From Vairimorpha necatrix (taxonomy: Eukaryota): a stretch of 64,000 bases of DNA. The stretch's first letter is position 1. Every line of letters begins with the position of its first letter. Positions 52,665 to 63,612 of this stretch are shown piece after piece. Under the pieces are notes generated by a model. That model saw nothing but the letters and a program-made list of their open reading frames with translations. It did no database searches and had not been told where the DNA came from. The position numbers were made by a program, and so were the translations under genes. The stretch spans positions 496,001 through 560,000 of the forward strand of contig CP142731.1 in assembly GCA_036630325.1 (NCBI GenBank), in the 5' to 3' direction.

Positions 52665-54258
52665 ACCCACACATGGGATCAATAGGATACCATAACGATG
52701 AAGGTCGTAATAGAATACGAAAGTATATTATTTACCTAATTAATATATTTATAATGTATTGATAACCCTTTGAACTTAAGCATATCATTAAAAGGAGGAA
52801 AAGAAACTAACTAGGATTTCTTTAGTAGCAGCGAGTGAACAAGAAATAACCCTCCATTGTAATCCTTAATTGGAGTTGTAAATGGTTTATTCTATTAATT
52901 ATATTTATAGAGAATATTATATTCGTTATTAATAGAATAGAATAATGTACTTGAGTAGAGCTGCTTGGTAGTGCAGTTTGAATAAAGGTAGAATGAAATA
53001 TCTAAGGTTAAATATAATGGTATACCGATAGAAAATAAGTACTGCGAAGGAACTTGTGAAAATGTGTGGAGTTTAGCCTTATTTTTAAGGACCCGTCTTG
53101 AAACACGGACCAAGGAGATTATAATTATAGCAAGATAAAAATTAAATTTTTTAATCTTTATTAACTTGATTAGTTATAATTATAAGACCCGAAACACAGT
53201 GAACTATACATGTTCTGGTTGAAGATAAGCAACAGTTTATTGGAAGACCATAATCATTCTGACGTGCAAATCGATGATTTAAGATGTGTATAGTGGCGAA
53301 AGACCAATCGAACTGTGTGGTAGCTGGTTCACAGCGAAATGTCTCTCAGGACAGCAGTTATTATTATATAGGACATAGATGTAGGACACTGTTATAGTTT
53401 TTTAACTATGAGAAATCTTTAATTCTATGGAATTATATAAATTAAATTTATATAATGAATCTATTGTATAACTAGTGGGCACATGATTGTAAGAATGATG
53501 TGCAAAAAGGGATGAACCTTATGAAACATTAAATATTCTAAATAGTAGATATTATACCATAAATATGATGAATACATTGAGACAGTAGGGCGGTTGTTAT
53601 GGAAGTAGAAATCCGCTAAGAAACGTGTTACAACGTACCTACCGAATGTATTATTGTATAAAATGGAAGAAGATTACTACTTTTATGAGATGTTTCTAAT
53701 AAATATTTAGGTAGCTGTGCAATTTGTTTGTATTGAAGTATATATGTGAGTATATATAGAAGAAACAAATGAGCCGATCTTGGAGGCAGTAACAATATAT
53801 TTGTATAGATATAGACTAGGGTTTTCAATTATTATTGAAGTGAATCGGTGTTATTTATAAAAACAAAAAAGATTAATAATTCTTTATTAAATTATTATAA
53901 GGTAACTTGATAATGACAGTATATTTCAATAAATTTAAGATAAATGAATTAAATTTTATTTTAACTATGGATTGTCATGATAAGAAATAGTTAATTATAT
54001 ATACTTGATAAAAATAAAATAATTTTAACCGTACCTATACCGCATCAGGTGTCTTTGTATCATAACAAATATTTTAAATTAAAGTAAGTAAGGGAATTCG
54101 GCAAATTAGATCTGTAACTTTGGGATAAAGATTGGCTCTAGCATGCTAGAACTTTTACTATGTAAGGAATCTGACTGTTTATTAAAAACATAGCTTTTTG
54201 TATTTACAAGAAGTGAATTCTGCCCAGTGCATTTATTGTTAAAGTTGTGTAAGCGAAT

Positions 54259-54311
<53 letters not shown>

Positions 54312-54410
54312 TTAATTGGTGACGCGCATGAATGGAGCAACGAGATTCCTACTGTCCCTACTTACAATTTTGTGAAACCACGAGACAAGGGAACGGGCTT
54401 GTTATTTATC

Positions 54411-54442
<32 letters not shown>

Positions 54443-54877
54443 TTAGTATGTTTTAATAAATATTCGGTATATTGTAGAGAGGTGGGAGAAGTATTGTGAA
54501 ACCACTAGTATGTTTGAATATTTATTTATTAGAATATATGGGGAGTTTGGCTGGGGCGGTACAGCTGTTAAAAAGTAACACAGCTGTCCTAAGGTAGATG
54601 AATGATGGATGGTAACCATCAGTTTATTATAAGGGAATAAATCTGCTTTACTTTATGCATATGACTGTATTTAGTAGGGAAACCTTGGCCTAGCGATCCC
54701 AATTACATTCATTATGTATTGGGTGATTGAAAAGTTACCACAGGGATAACTGGCTTGTAGCAGGCAAGCGATCATAGCGACTCTGCTTTTTGATTCTTCG
54801 ATGTCGTCTCTTCTGATCATCGTAGTGTATATGTTACGAAGTGTTGGATTGTTCACCCGGTAATGAGGAACGTGAGA

Positions 54878-54919
<42 letters not shown>

Positions 54920-55145
54920 TAAGTATTTTTGAGTGAACTTTGATAGTACGAGAGGAACTCTAAGTGATGACCACTGGTAGTGCGATTAACTATTAAGTTA
55001 TGTTGCTTAGCTACGTCGTTTCGATTAAGGCTGAAAGCCTCTTAAGCCTGAAGCGTAGCTCAAAGATACATTTAGGAGAATACTACTCTTTTAAGCAGAA
55101 CTGTAAGAATGAAGGTGTATGCCGACATTTTGAGGTTACTGCTTT
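52665..55145 (+). rRNA. LSU rRNA with fused 5.8S, after a ~37-nt AT-rich ITS
   Basis: gacccgtcttgaaacacggaccaagg, taaggtagccaaatgcctcgtc, sarcin-ricin agtacgagaggaac, terminal helix aagcagaac...gttactgctt; ends approximate. Confidence 0.96.
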
Positions 55146-55330
55146 TTTGTATGTATAGTAGGTGTTGTATACAAATAAGAGAGCGTATACGTCGCGGAGG
55201 GTGGGACCGATGTTTTTTAACTAGGTGCAGATCTCTAAGTCTTACCAACCTTCGGCTGCTGGTTGGTAAGTAGGGCCAGCTATACTCTAGGGGTGGGAGA
55301 CCCATTGCTGGTGAGAAGGACACCGTTAAC

Positions 55331-55399
55331 ACCCTCCATAAGAGAGCGTCCACGTCGCGGAGGGTGGGACCGATGTTTTTTAACTAGGTGCAGATCTCT
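55331..55399 (+). ncRNA. HDV-like self-cleaving ribozyme
   Basis: P1 ACCCUCC/GGAGGGU, P2 AGAGA/UCUCU, P3 GCG/CGC, L3 UCCACGU, P1.1 CC/GG, P4 ACC..GGU, J4/2 GCAGA. Confidence 0.9.
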
Positions 55400-55832
55400 A
55401 AGTCTTACCAACCTTCGGCTGCTGGTTGGTAAGTAGGGTCAGCTATACTCTAGGGGTGGGAGACCCATTGCTGGTGAGAAGGACACCGTTAACTTTCGAG
55501 TAATTCTTCATATTTTTAACCTGGGAGAGGTTGGGCATGATACTGAAGCTGTATTGTTCCGCTGAACTGAGTCGTGTTCTTAAATGGTGTATTGAACCAG
55601 GCGTTGTGTTTTCGTCAGGTCCGCGAAATATGTAGTCAGAGATGACTAAGGATCTGTTACCTACGGGAACAAATTTTTCTCCTACAAGCGAGGCCGTTGA
55701 GGTATGCTGGCGTGTAATCGCAATTATTGATGTTTTTCTGGTTGGTGGAGTTTTTGGTGGCTTGGTGGCTTTTCTTCGTTTTGCTGATTCTGTCTTTTTA
55801 CAATAAACAATTTTAATTTTATTTTTATTTTT
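55331..55832 (+). mobile_element. Ribozyme-headed SINE-like element, full length
   Basis: 15-bp TSD aaggacaccgttaac (55316-55330, 55833-55847); AATAAA then T-rich tail. Confidence 0.88.
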
Positions 55833-56007
55833 AAGGACACCGTTAACTTTCGAGTAATTCTTCATATTTTTAACCTGGGAGAGGTTGGGCATGATACTGA
55901 AGCTGTATTGTTCCGCTGAACTGAGTCGTGTTCTTAAATGGTGTATTGAACCAGGCGTTGTGTTTTCGTCAGGTCCGCGAAATATGTAGTCAGAGATGAC
56001 TAAGGAT

Positions 56008-56076
56008 ACCCTCCATAAGAGAGCGTCCACGTCGCGGAGGGTGGGACCGATGTTTTTTAACTAGGTGCAGATCTCT
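56008..56076 (+). ncRNA. HDV-like ribozyme, copy 2
   Basis: Same sequence as 55331-55399. Confidence 0.9.
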
Positions 56077-56505
56077 AAGTCTTACCAACCTTCGGCTGCT
56101 GGTTGGTAAGTAGGGTCAGCTATACTCTAGGGGTGGGAGACCCATTGCTGGTGAGAAGAACACCGTTAACTTCCGAGTAATTCTTCATATTTTTTAACCT
56201 GGGAGAGGTTGGGCATGATACTGAAGCTGTATTGTTCCGCTGAACTGAGTCGTGTTCTTAAATGGTGTATTGAACCAGGCGTTGTGTTTTCGTCAGGTCC
56301 GCGAAATATGTAGTCAGAGATGACTAAGGATCTGTTACCTACGGGAACAAATTTTTCTCCTACAAGCGAGGCCGTTGAGGTATGCTGGCGTGTAATCGCA
56401 ATTATTGATGTTTTTCTGGTTGGTGGAGTTTTTGGTGGCTTGGTGGCTTTTCTTCGTTTTGCTGATTCTGTCTTTTTTACAATAAACAATTTTATTTTAT
56501 TTTTT
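56008..56505 (+). mobile_element. Ribozyme-headed SINE-like element, full length
   Basis: 16-bp TSD agagatgactaaggat (55992-56007, 56506-56521). Confidence 0.88.
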
Positions 56506-56756
56506 AGAGATGACTAAGGATCTGTTACCTACGGGAACAAATTTTTCTCCTACAAGCGAGGCCGTTGAGGTATGCTGGCGTGTAATCGCAATTATTGATG
56601 TTTTTCTGGTTGGTGGAGTTTTTGGTGGCTTGGTGGCTTTTCTTCGTTTTGCTGATTCTGTCTGTCAGGGGACAAGCCCAGGTGCATACTGAGACTTGCC
56701 CTGCCCAAGGAATGAATTGTGTTTTGACAGGGCTTTGGAGAGACCAACACATTAAT

Positions 56757-56825
56757 GCCCACCACAAGAGAGCGTCCACGTCGCGGAGGGTGGGACCGAT
56801 GTTTTTTAACTAGGTGCAGATCTCT
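56757..56825 (+). ncRNA. HDV-like ribozyme variant (G1.U wobble, A-A mismatch in P1)
   Basis: P1 GCCCACC/GGAGGGU; core otherwise conserved; heads the SINE copy ending at 57252. Confidence 0.8.
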
Positions 56826-57252
56826 AAGTCTTACCAACCTTCGGCTGCTGGTTGGTAAGTAGGGTCAGCTATACTCTAGGGGTGGGAGACCCATTGCTGG
56901 TGAGAAGAACGCCGTTAACTTTCGAGTAATTCTTAATATTTTTAACCTGGGAGAGGTTGGGCATGATACTGAAGCTGTATTGTTCCGCTGAACTGAGTCG
57001 TGTTCTTAAATGGTGTATTGAACCAGGCGTTGTGTTTTCGTCAGGTCCGCGAAATATGTAGTCAGAAATGACTAAGGATCTGTTACCTACGGGAACAAAT
57101 TTTTCTCCTACAAGCGAGGCCGTTGAGGTATGCTGGCGTGTAATCGCAATTATTGATGTTTTTCTGGTTGGTGGAGTTTTTGGTGGCTTGGTGGCTTTTC
57201 TTCGTTTTGCTGATTCTGTCTTTTTTTACAATAAACAATTTTAATTTTTTTT

Positions 57253-57839
57253 AGTGGTAAAACCACAAATAAAACCAACTTTAATAGATTTAAATCACTT
57301 AAAGTAGAAACCGGCGGCAATATAAAAGTGCCCAAAAATACTATTTATGAAGTTTTAAACAGAAAATTTATCATTCCTAAAAAAGATATGAAGGGTAAAG
57401 CGCAACAAACCAGGAGCAAGCTCAGTAGAGCAAAAAGTGACCACTTTGGTGGTCCAAACAACAATTTAGATACAGAAATGTATTTAAAACAACAAACTAA
57501 GCATGTATATGCTAATAAAAGTTTCCCAAGTGTTACTTTCAAAAATGATGGAGAAATGAAATATTTTCTCAAGAAAATCAAAATTCTCTCAGAAAGAATT
57601 AATAAAAACGATATTTTTGACACGTCAAAAAAAGAAAATAACAAAGATCTTCTTGATATTAAAAGATACATATCTAGCACTACTGAATTAGTATTGATTC
57701 AGCAGACATATTTGGAGCTCTTCCATGATAAGCTAGAAAAACAAAATATCAAATTAAAAAATTTGAAAAAAAATAATCTGATGGATGACAGTAATCAAAT
57801 TACAGAATCAACAAAAAATAAAATTGAGATGATGATAGA
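57253..57839 (+). pseudogene. Older LINE ORF1 pieces (internal 57253-57387; N-terminal 57388-57839, continuing at 63613)
   Basis: Paralogous to ~58760-58895 and ~57842-58295. Confidence 0.85.
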
Positions 57840-57841
57840 AA

Positions 57842-59515
57842 ATGAAGGGTAAAGCAAGAGAAAGCAGGAGCGAGCTCAGTAGAGCAAAAAGTGACCACTT
57901 TGGTGGTCCAAACAACAATTTAGATATAGAAATGTATTTAAAACAACAAACTAAGCATGTATATGCTAATAAAAGTTTCCCAAGTGTTACTTTCAAAAAT
58001 GATGGAGAAATGAAATATTTTCTCAAGAAAATAAAAATTCTCTCGGAAAGAATTAATAAAAATGATATTTTTGACACATCAAAAAAAGAAAACAATAAAG
58101 ATCTTAGTGATCTTAAAAGATACATAGCTAGCACTACTGAATTATTACTGATTCAGCAGACATATCTGGAGCTCTTCCATGACAAGCTAGAAAAACAAAA
58201 TATCAAATTAAAAAATTTGATTAAAAATAATCTGATGGATGACAGTAATCAATTTACAGAATCAACAAAAAATAAAATTGAGATGATGATTGAGAATCAC
58301 TCAAAAGAATGTGTAGAACAAAAGGATAATAACTCCGATGTTCCAAATGATACCAGTAGCGAAACCCTTCAGTTAGCTACTGGAAACAATGATATTTCTA
58401 AATTAGAAATCATAAATGAAGATGTTTTAATTAATGTCAAAAATATCGTGTCTGCTGTCAAAGTAGAAGAAGAAGATCGATTGTCAGATGATGGCAAAAG
58501 AAAATGTATAGGTGTCTCAAATGCGTCTACAAATATTATAATTAATAAAAATATTAAAACAAAAGATGTTAAGCTAGACTTAGCTTTCATTAATAAAAAA
58601 GCAGTAGTTAGACATCTGTCAACTATCTCTGCTATTATAGCTGGTAAAAGAAAAGCTCCTAAGAATGGAGTCAAGCTTTTCCATATAAACGAAGACGGAT
58701 GGACATCTGTCAAACACACATTCAAGCCTAAAGTCCAGATAGACTTGAAGAAAAACAGAAGTGGTAAAACCACAGATAAAACCAACTTTAATAGATTTAA
58801 ATCACTTAAAGTAGAAACTAGTGGCAATGTAAAAGTGCCCAAAAAGATTAATCATGAAGCTGTAAAGAGAAAGAATATCATTCCTAAAAAAGATCATGAA
58901 AAGGAAAGATTACAAAATCAGAGAATAAATTTTACAAAAAAAACGAAGGACAGAAAAAATGAGAAATGTCAACAAAAAAGAGTTCCAGTTTTACCAAAGA
59001 AAAACTGGGCCAAAGAGCTATCTGAAGAAGCTCTTATGAAAATTATTAAGGATGGTAGAATTATTTCCAAGTGTAAGTTTAGGATAGCTCTTGTGTCTGG
59101 ACTCGGATTGAAAGGGAAACCTCAATCTAGAGACGCTTGGGCAGCCTTAGCTGATGTGGAAAATAAAGATATACCACTTATAAAACAATTTAAAGATTCG
59201 GAAGTAGTACTTCTGATGATTAGAGAACACGTGGGCCAAAAGGTACTAAGCAAAATTAAAGAAAAGTTCGGAGGTTCTAATATCTGCGATGAAGTTAATT
59301 TCTTCACCGACTTTATGTCTTTAACAAAAACAACTGTTCTAGGAGAGCTGCAAAGACTCTCTGGAACGCATAAAAATTTTGTACCGCTTGTAAAAGCATG
59401 TTGGTACATAACTAAAGAATTAAATAAAGAAAACCCAAACCATGGTTCTTTCATTATTTTAGAAAATATGATGGGTGAGCCTGCCCGAGAATCTAAGGAC
59501 TTTAACAATGAATAA
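57842..59515 (+). CDS. LINE ORF1, 557 aa, Lys-rich, no recognisable zinc knuckle
   Basis: Long ORF directly before ORF2, with diverged copies nearby. Confidence 0.8.
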   Translation: MKGKARESRSELSRAKSDHFGGPNNNLDIEMYLKQQTKHVYANKSFPSVTFKNDGEMKYFLKKIKILSERINKNDIFDTSKKENNKDLSDLKRYIASTTELLLIQQTYLELFHDKLEKQNIKLKNLIKNNLMDDSNQFTESTKNKIEMMIENHSKECVEQKDNNSDVPNDTSSETLQLATGNNDISKLEIINEDVLINVKNIVSAVKVEEEDRLSDDGKRKCIGVSNASTNIIINKNIKTKDVKLDLAFINKKAVVRHLSTISAIIAGKRKAPKNGVKLFHINEDGWTSVKHTFKPKVQIDLKKNRSGKTTDKTNFNRFKSLKVETSGNVKVPKKINHEAVKRKNIIPKKDHEKERLQNQRINFTKKTKDRKNEKCQQKRVPVLPKKNWAKELSEEALMKIIKDGRIISKCKFRIALVSGLGLKGKPQSRDAWAALADVENKDIPLIKQFKDSEVVLLMIREHVGQKVLSKIKEKFGGSNICDEVNFFTDFMSLTKTTVLGELQRLSGTHKNFVPLVKACWYITKELNKENPNHGSFIILENMMGEPARESKDFNNE

Positions 59516-62500
59516 AGTATCTTTGTTAAAGTCCTGTTATTATAGGAAATTATTTTCCTATAACAAGAGTGATATTTTCAAATCTCTAAATAAAAAAACG
59601 CATAATCCAATTGGATTTACTCAGATTAAAAATACTTTCCAAACGACAACGAGATTGAATAGTCTCAAATATTTTTCTATTAGAAAGAATATGTGGTGGA
59701 AGAAAGTACAAGAACAATATTGTATTGTCAAGATACAAAGAATTCCTTATGGAGTGAAAGATCTCCTCAAAGACTTATGTAAGAAGAACTCTCTTTTGGA
59801 GAATTCCATCATTACAGCAAGAAAGTATAGACGAAGAGACACGTCTTTTACAAAAATAATAGTTGAAAAACTATACGCAAATTTATTGATTAAGACAGTT
59901 AAAGCTAAAGGCTTTAAAGTTTTAAATGATAATAGAAAAGAACTAGAGAAATCTAGTAAAGTAAATAAAAAGACCAAAGAGAACATAAAACTCTTAAGTC
60001 TAAACATTAATCATCTCTCTAATAAGAGAGAAGAACTTGAGTTTCTTCTTAAGAAGGAGAAACCAGAAATTATGTGTTTACAAGAAACTTGGAGACAATC
60101 TACAAGACCTTTAAAACTTGAAAAATACACTACAGTTGAAACACCTAGTGGTGGAAAAAATAAACCAGGATTAATAACTCTGGTTAGAAATAATGGAGCG
60201 ATCAGATGTTCCAAAAAAGGAACCGACTCAAACATTCTGCAAACTGTAGTTGAGTTTAGTTCAGCAGGCAAATGGATTAAGTATTTAGTCTTAAATGTCT
60301 ACATACCACAAACAAGGATCTCAAAAGGGAGACCTTGGCTAGATTATTTTCTCTTTTAGAAAAAGAGAATTTCAGAAATAACTATAGTGAGATCATAGTG
60401 ATGGGAGATATGAATATGCAGAGTTCTAGTCTCAAGAAAAAATTAAATGTAGTTGGTTTGCCAGTTACAATAAAATATAACAGCAACGATGGTACAAGGA
60501 TCCTCAAAGATGGTAAAAGATCTAAGAGGAAAATTGATACCATCTTTCGACTAAAAAGTAATGATAATGAGAAGATCATTATATCCAAGTCTTGGGTATT
60601 AAGTGATCACTTAGTGCTCAAAAGAAGTATTAAACTTGCCGTTGATAAGATCTCCGATCAACTAGTTTATGATAAGAAAATGCTGGAAAATCCAAAAGTG
60701 ATTAAAAAGCTAAAAAAGAAGTTGTGTAATCAACAATTAAACATGAATAATCTCCCCGAGATTATTCAGAAAGTTTGTACATCTTTGAAGATTTACAAAA
60801 AGAGAAGAGTCCATACTGGACTTACAATGAGATGGAGATATTTAAAAGTCTTCAAAGAAAAACGTCTAGCAGCAAGAGCTGTTATGAAAAATTACAATGA
60901 AATCAACTCAATTAGATTCGAATATCTCAAAAAGAGAGTAGACGAAACTAAAAAGTTGATTCGCAAAGATAGATCGAAACTTTGGGCTTTAAGAGGAATA
61001 AAGCTCTTTAAAAGTAACAGATACCGAGAATTCTGGCAATGGCTGAAAAATAGAAGTGTTTCCATTCGTTTGGATCAAGTGGCTCTAATTGACCACAATA
61101 AGCTTCTTCAGACTTGCCGAGCAAAGAAGCTAGAAATAGCAAATAATTTTTACGCTGATTTGGCGTCAGAGAATGATATAGATGTCAATGTCTATGATAA
61201 AGTAGATCTTGTTGATCTTCCCCCAGAGATAACAGATGAAGAATTTCTATCCGCACTGAAGAAATGTGGAAATAACAAAGCTGCCGGTCCTGATGAGATT
61301 CCAACCGAGCTATACAAATACTTACTGACTAGAGCAGTAGAAGATAAATTCTTTAAATTCATGCTACATGAATTTAATAAATATATTTGTGGAAATAGTA
61401 CTCCTGAATATTGGAGCATGGCAAACATGATTTGCCTTCACAAAAAAGGAGATGAGACAGATCTGAATAATTATAGGGGAATCTCCTTAATTAACACAAT
61501 TAGTAAGATCTATCTCAAGATAATAAATGACAGGTTAACTCAATTTGTCGAAGAACAAGATATACTCTCTAGATACCAAGCAGGATTCCGAGCAGGTGAA
61601 GAGTGTATGAATCAGATTACATCTCTACTAGAAATAGTGAGAAGAAGAGAATTCAGAGGCTTGAACACAATAATGTGTTTCATTGACTTTGAAAAAGCTT
61701 ATGATAATGTAAGTCATGACTTATTATTTGAAAAGCTTACAAAACTTAATATCCCATTGTATTTAATCAATACAATAAAGGATATTTATAAATATACCAC
61801 CATGCGTGTGAAAATTGGTGGTGACACGTCAAGTGGTTATAGCTACAGAAAAGGAGTGAGACAAGGGTGCCCTTGTTCTCCAATGCTGTTCAATATATTC
61901 ATCAATGATATTTTTGACGGCATAGAAGGAGTTTTGATCCCAAGATCAAATACGAGAGTTCCGGGACTGATGTTCGCAGATGATATTGTTGTCTTCGGAA
62001 ACAACATTGATGATCTTAATAATAAGATCAATAGAATTTCAAAGTGGGCAGTTAATAACAGAATGAAGATTAACTGCACAAAAAGCGGAGTATTAGAATG
62101 GAATGCTCATTCTAACATACAAGAATTCCGAAGTTTATATTCTCTCAGTACAGACTTTGGTGTGATTGAAGAAGTCACTGAATACAGATATCTAGGTGTC
62201 TTAATTAAAAGAAACACGCTAGAAGAACACTTGGTTAAAGACGCAGCAATGCGTGGCAAGAAAGCCTTGGACGCCTTGATGCCCAAGTTGATGAATAGCA
62301 GCATCAATCTCTACTTCAAGGCGATCTTAATAAAATGTGTACTAGTACCCACACTAATGTATGGCAGTGAATTGTGGGGAATGTCAAGTACAAGAGCAGG
62401 TAAGATTAACAGGATCTTAAGAAAATCTATCAGAATGATATTCAAAAGAGTATTAGTTCCACTAGATAGAGTAATGGACGAGTTCAGTATCGAACGAATT

Positions 62501-63199
62501 CATATACAAGCAGCTTTGAGTAGATTCAGAGCATACAACAAGTGGAAACACAATAAGACAATCATATCGGATATAATCTCAATTAATCCGAAAGAAAGAA
62601 AAACTACCTGGTGTTCAAGAACACAAAGATGGTTAAAACGATTTGTTGGCAACGAATACGAATCAAGTGATAGTAGATTTATCACTACAAAAATAATTGA
62701 TGTACTAAGAAGTCGAAGAACTCTAAATACTTCTTTAGCTGCATCAATAGCAAACCAATATGACATAAGAAATTCACAAATAAAATATGTCATGAACAAA
62801 ATAAACAATAGAAAAATTAGAACATATACTAGATTGAGATGTAATCTAGTAAAGTGGTCCTCAGCAATAGCATATTCAAAAAGAATACCAATGAGTTATA
62901 GAAACAAATGCTTTTTGTGTGATGGACCACAAGAAAATTTAGAACACTTTCTGTTGGAGTGCGTCTGTTTTACTGACATTAGAACATCTTTTGAAAATAA
63001 ACTGCCTCTACTGACTTGTTCAAAAACAAATATCCGAGAAAAAACCAAACAACTCCTTGGTAATAAAATCGGACTAAAAAATAACCCAGATAAGATAAAA
63101 GAACTTTGTTGGACTATAGAGTTCTTAGATAGAATGGTTGTCTCTAGAAGAATTATATTTGAAAAGAAACTTAAAGAGATAACAAAACAGGATAATTAA
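59508..63199 (+). CDS. LINE ORF2: APE endonuclease, RT, CCHC; one -1 frameshift at ~60325
   Basis: SLNINHL, CLQETW, MGDMN, SDH; YRGISL, FIDFEKAYD, GVRQGC..SP.LF, FADD, YRYLG; CFLC..HFLLEC. Confidence 0.92.
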
Positions 63200-63612
63200 T
63201 ATGAATAATTAAAAACAATAAAATCTAGAAATGGAAGAAAGAGATGTTATTTTACTAACAAGAAAACTTATATTTAATTATATTTGACCTGGGAGAGGTC
63301 GGGCATGATACTGATGCTGTATTGTTCCGCTGAACTGAGTCGTGTTCTTAAATGGTGTATTGAGCCAGGCGTTTTCGTTTTTCATCAGACTCATGAAAGT
63401 GGGTCTCTAGTCATATTATGACTAAGGATGTATCCTATGGGAACAAACTTTTCTCCTACAAGCGAGGCCGTTAAGGTATGCTGGCGTGTAAACGCACTTA
63501 TTGATGATTTTTTCTTTATTAGTGGAGTTTTTGGTGGCTTGGAGGCTTTTCTTCGTTTTGCTGATTCTGTCTTTTTTTTACAATAAACAATTTTATTTTA
63601 TTTTTTTTTTTT

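Larger units (their letters stand above)
55175..56663 (+). mobile_element. Host copy of ribozyme-headed SINE (55175-55330, 55833-56007, 56506-56663), ribozyme degenerate
   Basis: The three pieces reassemble into one unit after removing two TSD-flanked inserts; P1 5' strand absent and L3 TCC changed to TAT. Confidence 0.8.
57840..63612 (+). mobile_element. Apparently full-length APE-type non-LTR retrotransposon (LINE)
   Basis: 14-bp TSD gagatgatgataga (57826-57839, 63613-63626); ORF1, ORF2, 3' UTR 63200-63612 ending AATAAA and T-tract. Confidence 0.9.

Noticed and set aside
56664-56756. Second ribozyme in the leader
   Set aside because: Stems exist but could not be fitted to HDV or hammerhead topology.
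55331-57252. Repeats as the LINE 5' UTR or a simple satellite
   Set aside because: Their distal part matches the LINE 3' UTR and individual units have their own TSDs.
51827-57335. Short ORFs in rDNA and on the minus strand of the SINE repeats
   Set aside because: Incidental frames over structural RNA, crossing insertion junctions.
13740-60359. Programmed ribosomal frameshifts in Merlin, EnP1-like and LINE ORFs
   Set aside because: They fall in homopolymers without clear stimulatory structure; decay or assembly error is simpler.
63373-63388. Minus-strand CTGATGA-aaaac-GAAA hammerhead-like core
   Set aside because: No stem II pairing, no evident stems I/III, and not conserved in the SINE copies.
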